DNA of 30,437 nt from Polyangiaceae bacterium. Lineage in GTDB: Bacteria; Myxococcota_A; Polyangia; Polyangiales; Polyangiaceae. Positions 1-7,836 of this stretch are shown here, piece by piece. The stretch lies in assembly GCA_044222475.1 (NCBI GenBank), contig JBGANF010000100.1, positions 1-30,437 of the forward strand, in the 5' to 3' direction. Every line of letters begins with the position of its first letter. Position 1 is the stretch's first letter. The translations under genes and the position numbers were made by a program. Below the pieces are notes generated by a model. The model was not told where the DNA came from. It saw nothing but the letters and a program-made list of their open reading frames with translations, and made no database searches.

Positions 1-118
1 CCGTTCACGTAGTCGTACCCGTTCACGTAGTCGTACCCGTTCACGTAGTCGTACCCGTTCACGTAGTCGTACCCGTTCACGTAGTCGTACCCGTTCACGT
101 AGTCGTACCCGTTCACGT
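1..118. repeat. Perfect 18-bp tandem repeat (ccgttcacgtagtcgtac), 6 full copies plus a partial, possibly extending beyond the window edge
   Basis: Identical units at 1-18, 19-36, 37-54, 55-72, 73-90 and 91-108, with a partial at 109-118; no spacers between units. Confidence 0.97.
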
Positions 119-235
119 TCTCCTGCTCGTGGTCGTGCTCCTAGTCGTGTTCGTAGAGCACTCGTACTCGTGCACGTACTCGTGCACGTACTCGTGCACG
201 TGCACGTGCACGTGCTCGTGAGACGTGTTCGTGGG
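119..235. repeat. Degenerate hexamer repeat tract ([a/t]cgt[a/g]c-like) containing a 20-bp perfect palindrome
   Basis: tcgtac tcgtgc acgtac tcgtgc acgtac tcgtgc acgtgc acgtgc acgtgc; cgtgcacgtgcacgtgcacg at 193-212 is self-complementary. Confidence 0.85.
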
Positions 236-238
236 GCG

Positions 239-3205
239 TCACGGGAGATACGAGGTTGCGTCGTGCTCGGTCTTCGCGGCGGGTCTCACGGCTCCGGCGA
301 GCGGGTCGTCGGTCTTGTCGGGTAGGGACCAGTCGTTCTTGAAGAACCCGGCGGCGAGCACCATGCCGGCGCTGAGCAGCATCTGCCCGCGAGAGGGCGC
401 GACGCGCTCGTCGTAGACGACGAAGTCGGGCAAGAGGTCCGGAAGGGAGAGCGAGCGCCACGTTCCGAGCGCGCTGGTCCCTTCGACGACCGCGAGGTAC
501 CGATCCGGTCGCTTCGGGTTCGGTCGAACGAAGGCCGTGCCGAGCTGGCTCCCGGTCAGCCGCGCGGCTCCGACGAGCACCGCGTCTCCGTCCAGCTTGA
601 TCGGCAGCTCGGGCTCGAGCGCGCGCACGACCTTGTTCGACTTCGCGTTGCCCACGAGGAACAGCGGTTTGTCGTTCGCGAGCGCCTCGCCGCGCGCCTC
701 GAACTCGAGATCGCTCATGACCGTGTACTTCACGTGTACGCCGTACCGCACGGCGGCGAACGAGCGCGCCACCTCCTCGTTCGCGCGCGCCTGGCTCGGG
801 TCGGACGCACCCCACACGAACAGCAGCGGTCCGTGGAACACGTCGCGGAACGGTCCGGTCAGCGTCCCCCGCTTCCACGGGGCGGGGTGCGACGCCGGCC
901 CAACCGCCCAGCTGGCCCCATCCCGATGAAAGTCGATGGGGGCCCCCGCGGCGATGGGGAAGGTGGCGCCGTCGAGCGTGACGGCGACCGCCCCGGAACC
1001 GAGGAGCTTCGGGTCGCGATCGAAGTGGAGCTCGTCGATGCCCGACGTGGTCGCGCTGAGGACGTCCTTCGCCCGAACCCGCGCGTCGATCTGGCCCCAA
1101 CCGTCGGGGGTGCTCAGCCCGAGAACGTGCACCCACGCGTCGTCTCCGTCGCGCAGGCGGATCGTGCGAAACCGCACCCGTGACGGGTGCGGGTCTCGGG
1201 TGTGCTCGAGCAACCACTTCGCGCCCTTGAGGTCCTCGTACGTGGTCTGCCACACGTTGTGTCCCAAGTTGGGATGCTCGTGGCGAACCGAGTACTTCAG
1301 GGCGTCGTACTTGTCGATCAGCGACTGGCTGTTCTCGACCGGGAGGTCTTGCGTGCCGTGGACGATGTACAGCGGCAGCGCGGCGCCGTTGAGCGCCCAC
1401 TCGACGTTGGACCGCTCCTCGGCGATGACCCGCTCCCACGGTCGCATCGAGCGCCCGTAGAAATCACGCCGCACGAAGTAGCTGTGGTAGCCGCACAGCG
1501 GCTCGGCCGCGGCGAAGCGGTCGGGGTGACGGAACGGGATCGCGGCGGCGCCGATGCCGCCCATCGACGGACCGGTGATCGTGACCTTCGTGTCGTCGAT
1601 CGGGTATCGCGCGATGACGCGGTCGATCACCCGCATCACGTCGTCCTCGCCCATGTCGCGGTACATCGCGTTGCCGTGAGCGTCCGGAGATACGACGAAC
1701 GCCTCGAGCGCCGACGGCGGGTCGATCGGGTGGCGGTCCTCGTACTCGTTCTCTCGGTTCGGGTCGTCGCCGCCGAAGAGGTAGCGGATCATCGAGAGCG
1801 GTCTCCCGTTGAGCCCGTGCAGGGTGACGATCAGCGGGTATTTCTTCGACGAACCCGGCTTGAACCCCGGCGGCACGTAGAGCCCGTACTCGCTCAGGTC
1901 GTCGTCGACCGGGGAACGGTAGGCCATCCGCAGGACGCCGGTCGCGGTCGCGTACGGGTCGACGCCGGAGGCGACCTTCGCGAGCGCATCGGCGAGGGCC
2001 TTCGCCTCCGCAACGAGCGCGTCTCCGTCGACGTCGCCGCGGCTCACGAAGATCCCCAGCCTTCGCGCGGCGAGCTGCATGCTCTCGAGCGAATCGGCCT
2101 TGAGGAACGCTGGCGGCGCGGCGGCGAGCTTGGGGAGCGTGGCCTCGGCCTTGGCCCACACCTCGCGCACGAGCTTCTTGGGGAAGAACCGCGACGTCAC
2201 CTCGCGCCCGGCGACCTTGACCACGATCGACGACGCGCGGTCCTCGAGCATGGGCAGGTCAGCGCCGCCGAGGCGGGGCAGGGTGACGACGAGCTCGCCG
2301 TTGGCCGGTACCTCGCCGGCGTCCACGTCGAAGAGCGGGGCCGGCTTGGGATCCGCGGGCTTCGCCGGACCGGGCGGGTCGAGCCGAGCGGTCACTCTCA
2401 ACGGTACGTCGAGCGGGACGCCCTCGGGGAAGCGCACCGTGAGCCTCGGAGCGTATCCGTCGCTCGCCAGCGCGCGATCGACCGACACCCACGACATCTT
2501 GGACGCCAGGAGCTGCGCCTCGGCCGGGCCCGTACCAGGTAGGGACAACCACGCACCCTCGGGCGGGGCGAGCTCGGCGTCGACGATCCGCGCGCGGAAG
2601 CTCCATGCCCCTTCGCGCTGGTGGAGCTTGAGGAGGATCGGGTGATCGCCGGCCGGGAGATCGAGCGGGATGAGATCGTCGTCGTCGCGCTGCGGACGCG
2701 CCTCGTCGCGCACGAACACGGGCTTCTGGTCGACGTACACGCGGACGCCGTCGTCGGTGCCGAGGAGGAGCAAGAGCTTCGACGCCTTGGAGAGGTGGAG
2801 CGTCCCGGCGGCGTAGGCGACGAGATCGGCGCTCCGCGCCCCGAGAGCGGCCTTCACGTCGATCGCGCCGTCGCCGCTCTCGGCGAGGATCCATTTGGGC
2901 GGATCCTTCATCGGCGTCTGCTTGGGGCCGTCGCCGCCGAGGGTCGGGCTCAGCGTCGCCTCGTCGACCTCGGGCGGGGCGGTGAGCAGCGGATCCGGCG
3001 GCTTCACCTTCACGCCGTTCGCGGCGGACCGATACGGACCGAGCACGAGCCACGCGCCGAGGTGCCCGTCGGCCGAGGGGCCGATGCGGGCCACGGTCTT
3101 CGGAGCGTCCTCGGCGCGGGCGTGGCTCGCGAACAGCGCGAGCGGCGCCAGGAGCGCGACCACTCCGGCGCGGAGCGAGCGCGCGCGCGAGGGCACGGCG
3201 GCCAC
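239..3205 (-). CDS. Secreted multidomain alpha/beta hydrolase (peptidase S9/esterase-like) with an N-terminal PA14-like beta domain, 988 aa
   Basis: Signal peptide (AGVVALLAPLALFASHARA-EDA); PA14-like GTDDGVRVYVDQKPVF; KKYPLIVTLHG; nucleophile elbow GPSMGG; HGTQD and LGHNVW as the likely Asp and His of the triad; GTG start 2 nt after the upstream stop. Confidence 0.85.
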   Translation of the reverse strand: MAAVPSRARSLRAGVVALLAPLALFASHARAEDAPKTVARIGPSADGHLGAWLVLGPYRSAANGVKVKPPDPLLTAPPEVDEATLSPTLGGDGPKQTPMKDPPKWILAESGDGAIDVKAALGARSADLVAYAAGTLHLSKASKLLLLLGTDDGVRVYVDQKPVFVRDEARPQRDDDDLIPLDLPAGDHPILLKLHQREGAWSFRARIVDAELAPPEGAWLSLPGTGPAEAQLLASKMSWVSVDRALASDGYAPRLTVRFPEGVPLDVPLRVTARLDPPGPAKPADPKPAPLFDVDAGEVPANGELVVTLPRLGGADLPMLEDRASSIVVKVAGREVTSRFFPKKLVREVWAKAEATLPKLAAAPPAFLKADSLESMQLAARRLGIFVSRGDVDGDALVAEAKALADALAKVASGVDPYATATGVLRMAYRSPVDDDLSEYGLYVPPGFKPGSSKKYPLIVTLHGLNGRPLSMIRYLFGGDDPNRENEYEDRHPIDPPSALEAFVVSPDAHGNAMYRDMGEDDVMRVIDRVIARYPIDDTKVTITGPSMGGIGAAAIPFRHPDRFAAAEPLCGYHSYFVRRDFYGRSMRPWERVIAEERSNVEWALNGAALPLYIVHGTQDLPVENSQSLIDKYDALKYSVRHEHPNLGHNVWQTTYEDLKGAKWLLEHTRDPHPSRVRFRTIRLRDGDDAWVHVLGLSTPDGWGQIDARVRAKDVLSATTSGIDELHFDRDPKLLGSGAVAVTLDGATFPIAAGAPIDFHRDGASWAVGPASHPAPWKRGTLTGPFRDVFHGPLLFVWGASDPSQARANEEVARSFAAVRYGVHVKYTVMSDLEFEARGEALANDKPLFLVGNAKSNKVVRALEPELPIKLDGDAVLVGAARLTGSQLGTAFVRPNPKRPDRYLAVVEGTSALGTWRSLSLPDLLPDFVVYDERVAPSRGQMLLSAGMVLAAGFFKNDWSLPDKTDDPLAGAVRPAAKTEHDATSYLP

Positions 3206-3207
3206 GG

Positions 3208-3678
3208 TCAGCTCGTGAGGTTGTGCGCGAGCTTTCGCGGCTCGTCGCGGAAGAGCACCTCGATCTTGCCCTGATCGATCACCGTCGTGACGACGCCGTC
3301 ACCGAACTTCGAGTGCTTGAGCAGATCGCCCACCTTGAAGATCTTCTTCGGCTCGTACTTGAGGAAGTCCATCGGCGACTTGCCGTTGACCGCCTTCTCC
3401 CAGCTCTGCTCGCGCTCGCGACGCTCCTGCTCGGCGCGCGTCACCGCCGAGACTCGCGCAGCGCCCGTCGTTCGACGGACGACGCCGCCGCCGGCCGTCG
3501 ACTTTTCCTCTTTCTCTCCCGGAGGACGGGCCCTGAAGTTGTGCTGCGAGTGACAGGTCTCGCACTCCACCCGAACCGGCTTCGGCCCGAGCATCGCCAC
3601 GATCCGGTGGGTGAGCATGAGCTTGCACTTCGTGCACCACGCGTCGATTTCTCCCCCGGTTTTCAGTGCCTTGACCAC
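3208..3678 (-). CDS. Hypothetical protein with N-terminal zinc ribbon and C-terminal Tudor/SH3-like (UvrD/PcrA CTD-like) domain, 156 aa
   Basis: CTKC...CETC Cys pairs; C-terminal FKVGDLLKHSKFGDGVV...KIEVLF; GTG start with AAGGAAGG upstream. Confidence 0.8.
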   Translation of the reverse strand: MVKALKTGGEIDAWCTKCKLMLTHRIVAMLGPKPVRVECETCHSQHNFRARPPGEKEEKSTAGGGVVRRTTGAARVSAVTRAEQERREREQSWEKAVNGKSPMDFLKYEPKKIFKVGDLLKHSKFGDGVVTTVIDQGKIEVLFRDEPRKLAHNLTS

Positions 3679-3681
3679 GTC

Positions 3682-4221
3682 TCAACCTTCCTTGCTGATC
3701 TTCTTCTTCTTGCCGTCGCGTTTTGCGAAGACATCCATCGTGACTTCGGGCTTCACCTTGCCGCCTTCGGCGCCTTCGCCTTCGGTCTCCTCGTCTTCGG
3801 GTGCGGGCCGGAATCGGATCGTCGTGTTGACCTCGAACTGGAGGCTCGTGAGCATCTTCTGCATCTCGTGAGCCAAGTTCGTGTGCTCGAGGAAGTCGCG
3901 CATCTCGCGGGCGACGACCCGGAAGACGCCGTTCTTCGTGTCCTCGACCTGGGAGAAGATGTAGGCGGCAGCCTCCTTCGGGAGCTTCCTCTCGTTCACG
4001 AAGTGCTTGAGCGACTCGGGTGCCTCGGTGGCCTTCTCGACGCCGAGCTCGACGGCGCGCTTGAACAGCTCCGAGATCACGCTGTCGAAGCGGCCGCGGC
4101 GCCGCCCGTGGCGGTCGCTCTCCTCGTGGCCTTCGTCGGCGTCGTCCGGGAGACCCGGCGCCGAGTCGGGGGCGGGGCTCCCCGAACTGGGGGGCTCGCT
4201 CTTGGGGTCGCCTTGATCCAT
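3682..4221 (-). CDS. Hypothetical helical protein (alternative TTG start at 4257)
   Basis: Protein-like composition and GC3-biased codons; ATG at 4221 preceded by AAGGTG; 3 nt gap to the next gene; acidic then basic C-terminal tail. Confidence 0.75.
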   Translation of the reverse strand: MDQGDPKSEPPSSGSPAPDSAPGLPDDADEGHEESDRHGRRRGRFDSVISELFKRAVELGVEKATEAPESLKHFVNERKLPKEAAAYIFSQVEDTKNGVFRVVAREMRDFLEHTNLAHEMQKMLTSLQFEVNTTIRFRPAPEDEETEGEGAEGGKVKPEVTMDVFAKRDGKKKKISKEG

Positions 4222-4298
4222 CGCACCTTGCGTATCCGGGGAAAGGGTTTCGGTCAACGACCCCCCCGTTCCTGACGCTCCTGCTAGGCTTTCGCTCG

Positions 4299-5120
4299 AT
4301 GGATCCGATCAAGGCGGCCGTCGTCCAGCTGAGCTCCCAAGGCGATGTCGGCGAGAACCTGCGCCGCGTGCGCGCCCTCGTCGCGGCCGCCGCGGCCGAC
4401 GGGGCCAAGCTCGTCGTCTTGCCCGAGAATTTCGCGTTTCTGGGTGAATCCGAGGAGGACAAGCGTCGCGTCGCGGAGTCGATCGACGGCGCCGACCGGG
4501 GACCGATCGTGTCGACCCTGATCGAGATCGCGAAGGCTCACGCGATCCACCTCGTGGGCGGAGGCATGCCGGAGAAGAGCGCGGACCCGGCGCGGCCCTA
4601 CAACACGTCGGTGCTCGTCGACCCGTCGGGCGCGATCGCGGCGACGTACCGCAAGATTCACCTGTTCGACGTCGACCTTCCTGACGGCACGACGCTCAAG
4701 GAGTCCAACGGGTCGTCCGCCGGCAGCACGCCGGTCGTCGCGCCGATCGGCGACGTGCGGCTCGGGATGACGGTCTGCTACGACCTCCGGTTCCCCGAGC
4801 TCTTCCGAAAGCTCGTCGACGACGGCGCGCGGATCGTCACCGTGCCGGCGGCGTTCACCCTGACGACCGGCAAGGACCACTGGCACGTGCTCCTCCGCGC
4901 GCGCGCGATCGAGGATCAAGTCTTCGTGCTCGCGGCCGCGCAGCACGGCAAGCACCCGCGCGGTCGCGTGACCTACGGCAAGAGCCTCATCGTCGACCCT
5001 TGGGGAGAGGTCCTCGCGCAGTGCAGCGAAGGGGAGGGGTTCGCCACCGCGCGCCTCGACTTCGCGTACCAAGACAAGGTCCGCGCGTCGCTACCGTGCC
5101 TGACGCACCGCCGAATCTAA
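4299..5120 (+). CDS. Carbon-nitrogen hydrolase family protein (Nit1/YbeM-like, probable deaminated-glutathione amidase)
   Basis: Glu-Lys-Cys triad motifs LPENF, YRKIHLFDV and VCYDLRFPE; PAAFTLTTGKDHWHVLLRARAIE; TYGKSLIVDPWG. Confidence 0.93.
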   Translation: MDPIKAAVVQLSSQGDVGENLRRVRALVAAAAADGAKLVVLPENFAFLGESEEDKRRVAESIDGADRGPIVSTLIEIAKAHAIHLVGGGMPEKSADPARPYNTSVLVDPSGAIAATYRKIHLFDVDLPDGTTLKESNGSSAGSTPVVAPIGDVRLGMTVCYDLRFPELFRKLVDDGARIVTVPAAFTLTTGKDHWHVLLRARAIEDQVFVLAAAQHGKHPRGRVTYGKSLIVDPWGEVLAQCSEGEGFATARLDFAYQDKVRASLPCLTHRRI

Positions 5121-6130
5121 AGGTGCTTCTTCGCGATGTCGGCCCAGGCTCCGTTGGGCTCGAGATCGAGGTAGCGCCGCCAGTGGAAGCGCGCCTTCGC
5201 GCGCTCGCCGAGCTGCTCGTAGGCCATCGCGAGGTTGAAGTGGGCGTCGCCGAAGCGCGAGTCGCGCTCGATCGCTTGCTCGAAGGCGGCGGCGGCGCCC
5301 TTCGCGTCGCCTCGCTCGAGCATGACGTAGCCGAGGTTGTAGTGCGCTTCCGGTTGGCGGTCGTCGATGGCCAGGGCCTTCGCGTAGAACGACTCCGCGC
5401 CGACCACGTCGCCCTTGCGGAACAGGATGTTGCCGAGGTTCGTGTACGCGATGGCGAGCCGCGGATCCAAGTCGATCGCCTTGCGGTAGAGGTCCTCTGC
5501 CGCGGCGTACGTGTTGGGGTCCTCGTCGAGCGCGCTCGCTTGGACGTAGAGGTCGTAGGCGGTGCGGGTTCGAAGCGACGGGTTCTCCGGGCGGAGCACC
5601 CGGACGACGTCTCGGCGCAGCGTGCCGACGTCGAAGTCGAGCACCATCTGCCCGGTGATCGGCTCGAACGCGCCTTCGCTCGCGCGCACCACGACGCGAC
5701 GTCCGTCGCTCACGATGCGGAGCTCTTGGAGCGGGCGCGTCACCTTCGGCAACGTCTGACGGAGGGCACCGATCGCCCGCGCCACGTCGCGGAGCTTCAC
5801 GTTGCGCGCGAGCATCATCGTCGCGCGGAGCGCGATGAGATCCTGGAAGGTGTAGGCGCGCCGCGCGCCCTTCTCACCCGAGGGCGACACGATGCCCGCG
5901 CGGTCGAGCGTGCGCAGGCGCGTCTCGGGCAAGCCGAGGAGCTTCGCGACCTCGCGCGCCGAGAACACGTCCGAGACCGGCTCACGACCGCTGGCGGGAG
6001 ATGGCCCATCGACCGGGTCGGTCGTCATCGGCGGAGGAACGGGGGTGAGGCGACCGCCGCCGGGTCCGAACTGCACGTGGATGACGTTGCTCGGGTCGTC
6101 GGGACCGTCGCCTCGCTTCTTCTTCGCCAT
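5117..6130 (-). CDS. MerR-type HTH plus TPR-repeat protein, 337 aa
   Basis: FSAREVAKLLGLPETRLRTLDRAGIVSP...RRAYTFQDL (MerR HTH and wing); TPR motifs AYTNLGNILFRKG, AHYNLGYVMLERG and AHFNLAMAYEQLG. Confidence 0.88.
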   Translation of the reverse strand: MAKKKRGDGPDDPSNVIHVQFGPGGGRLTPVPPPMTTDPVDGPSPASGREPVSDVFSAREVAKLLGLPETRLRTLDRAGIVSPSGEKGARRAYTFQDLIALRATMMLARNVKLRDVARAIGALRQTLPKVTRPLQELRIVSDGRRVVVRASEGAFEPITGQMVLDFDVGTLRRDVVRVLRPENPSLRTRTAYDLYVQASALDEDPNTYAAAEDLYRKAIDLDPRLAIAYTNLGNILFRKGDVVGAESFYAKALAIDDRQPEAHYNLGYVMLERGDAKGAAAAFEQAIERDSRFGDAHFNLAMAYEQLGERAKARFHWRRYLDLEPNGAWADIAKKHL

Positions 6131-6153
6131 GGTCGTCGTCGGGAGGGGCGGGG

Positions 6154-6600
6154 CTACGTCGTGAGCCCCGTTCTGCGTCTCCCTATCAACGGCGCCTGGA
6201 CGTCGACGTCAATCCTCACGGCACCAGAAGTTGCCTCGAACCGGACGTCGCACTGGAGGCGGCCGAGGCGACCGGGGGCGCGGAAGCTCGCCTCCCGGTG
6301 GGCGAGGCGCACGATCCGGGCCCTCGCGTGTAGGTCCCGCGTCAGAAGCATGTGAAATGTCGGGTGAAGCTCGGTGGGTACACCCCCGAGGGGCACGACG
6401 AGGCTCGTCGTCCCGAACCAGACCGGGCCCCCCGCCTCGTCGCGGATCGCGCCTTCGCTGATGGAGTCGGCCTCTTCGATGCGCCGGCGAACGTCGGGGG
6501 CGAAGGCGCGGAAGTAGCGCACTGCCCGGATTTCGATGGGGTCGGGGGTCCGGGCCTTGCGCAATCCAGGTCCGGCTCCGAAACGGGCATGTGTGCTCAT
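6154..6600 (-). CDS. Hypothetical protein, 148 aa
   Basis: ATG at 6600 within the 6154..7344 ORF; globular-looking sequence (WFGTTSLVVPL, CDVRFEATSGAVRIDVDVQAPL); fills the gap between the divergent SRPBCC gene and the co-oriented MerR-TPR gene (23 nt gap). Confidence 0.65.
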   Translation of the reverse strand: MSTHARFGAGPGLRKARTPDPIEIRAVRYFRAFAPDVRRRIEEADSISEGAIRDEAGGPVWFGTTSLVVPLGGVPTELHPTFHMLLTRDLHARARIVRLAHREASFRAPGRLGRLQCDVRFEATSGAVRIDVDVQAPLIGRRRTGLTT

Positions 6601-6663
6601 GTAGGACAAAGCTTGCCGTGGGGGATGACCGAAGAGCAAACAAACGGCGATAGCCTCGTCGGC

Positions 6664-7155
6664 ATGGCAGCGAAGAAGACGAAGGCGAAGGCGAAGGCGA
6701 AGGTCGTCGCGAAGAAGACGAAGACGAAGGCGAAGGTCGTCGCGAAGAAGACGAAGAAGCCCGCCGGCGCGGGTGCGATCGTTCAAGAGGTTCGCTTCGC
6801 TGCGCGGCCGTCGCGCGTGTTCGACGCCTACCTCGACGCGAAGTCGCACGCCGCGTTCACCGGCGCGCCCGCGCGGATCGACGCCACGCCGGGCGTCGCG
6901 TTCTCGGTGTGGGACGGATACATCACCGGGACCAACCTCGAGATCGAGCGACCGGGTCGCATCGTCCAAGCGTGGCGCACGACCGAGTTCCCCGACGAGC
7001 ACGCCGACTCGCGGCTCGAGCTCCTGCTGACGCCCGACGGCACCGGCACGCTCCTTCGTCTGGTGCAGACCGGCCTGCCCGTGGACCAAGTCGCGTCGTA
7101 CGAGCAGGGGTGGCACGACCACTATTGGTCGCCGATGCGAGAGTTCCTCGGCTAG
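6664..7155 (+). CDS. SRPBCC/AHA1 (activator of Hsp90 ATPase-like) domain protein with a Lys/Ala-rich N-terminal tail
   Basis: ATG at 6664; PSRVFDAYLD...HAAFTG, FSVWDGYITG, RIVQAWRT and GWHDHYW are typical of AHSA1/START-like domains. Confidence 0.88.
   Translation: MAAKKTKAKAKAKVVAKKTKTKAKVVAKKTKKPAGAGAIVQEVRFAARPSRVFDAYLDAKSHAAFTGAPARIDATPGVAFSVWDGYITGTNLEIERPGRIVQAWRTTEFPDEHADSRLELLLTPDGTGTLLRLVQTGLPVDQVASYEQGWHDHYWSPMREFLG
6692..6757 (+). repeat. Perfect in-frame 33-bp tandem duplication
   Basis: cgaaggcgaaggtcgtcgcgaagaagacgaaga at 6692-6724 and 6725-6757, encoding repeated KAKVVAKKTK. Confidence 0.9.
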
Positions 7156-7832
7156 TCGAGCGGGACGACGATCTGCTCGACGACGACGCCGGCGGGGCTC
7201 GTCTCGATCCACGTCGCGTGCGCCACCTTCGGCGCGGCGCCGGGCTCGACCCCGTCGGGGGCTTCGCCGACGCTGCCGACGTTCACGATCCGGAGGTCGC
7301 GCCCTTCGAGGATGCGCTCGAACGCGACGTGCGTGCGCCCGCACACGAACACGTCGCCGGGATCGTCGGCGACGAGCGCGAGCAGCTCGTCGTCCGAGAG
7401 ATCGTGCGACATGCCCTCCGTCGGATCGCTGGGCGCGCCGTGGACGAGCACGAGCTCGCCGCCGTCCTCCAGCGGGATGCGCTCGCTCTGTGGCAGGCGG
7501 CGGAGGCGCTCGAGGACGAGGTCCCCGAGCTCCGCGCGCACCGCGCGCATGCGCTCGACCATGCGCTTCTCGTGATCGGTGTGTGCCGGCATCGCCGACG
7601 GATCGAGGAGCGCGAGCGCGCGATCGGTCGTGCCCTGGACGATGATCGCGCCCGCTGCGTTGAGCCGGCGCCAGGTCTCGAGCGGCTTCGAGCGCGAGGC
7701 GTCGGTCAGGCCCGGAAACACGACGTCACCGGCGACGAGGAGCTTGTTGAACGAGCGACGCTCCGCCGTCGCGAGCACGGCTTGAAGCGCGTCGAGGTTG
7801 CCGTGGATGTCGGAGATGCAGAGGAGGCGCAT
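7152..7832 (-). CDS. Calcineurin-like metallophosphoesterase family protein (YfcE/PrpA-like) with two metal ligands substituted
   Basis: ATG at 7832; ISDIHGN, AGDVV, QGTTD, LVHG, CGRTH and VNVGSVG motifs. Confidence 0.85.
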   Translation of the reverse strand: MRLLCISDIHGNLDALQAVLATAERRSFNKLLVAGDVVFPGLTDASRSKPLETWRRLNAAGAIIVQGTTDRALALLDPSAMPAHTDHEKRMVERMRAVRAELGDLVLERLRRLPQSERIPLEDGGELVLVHGAPSDPTEGMSHDLSDDELLALVADDPGDVFVCGRTHVAFERILEGRDLRIVNVGSVGEAPDGVEPGAAPKVAHATWIETSPAGVVVEQIVVPLD

Positions 7833-7836
7833 GGGA

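Noticed and set aside
1..118. Possible CRISPR array
   Set aside because: The units are contiguous 18-mers with no unique spacers, and no cas genes are in the window.
141..1439. 432-aa minus-strand ORF ending in RARARVRARV repeats
   Set aside because: It is an alternative frame of the hydrolase gene running into the hexamer repeat tract; low complexity with no coding signal.
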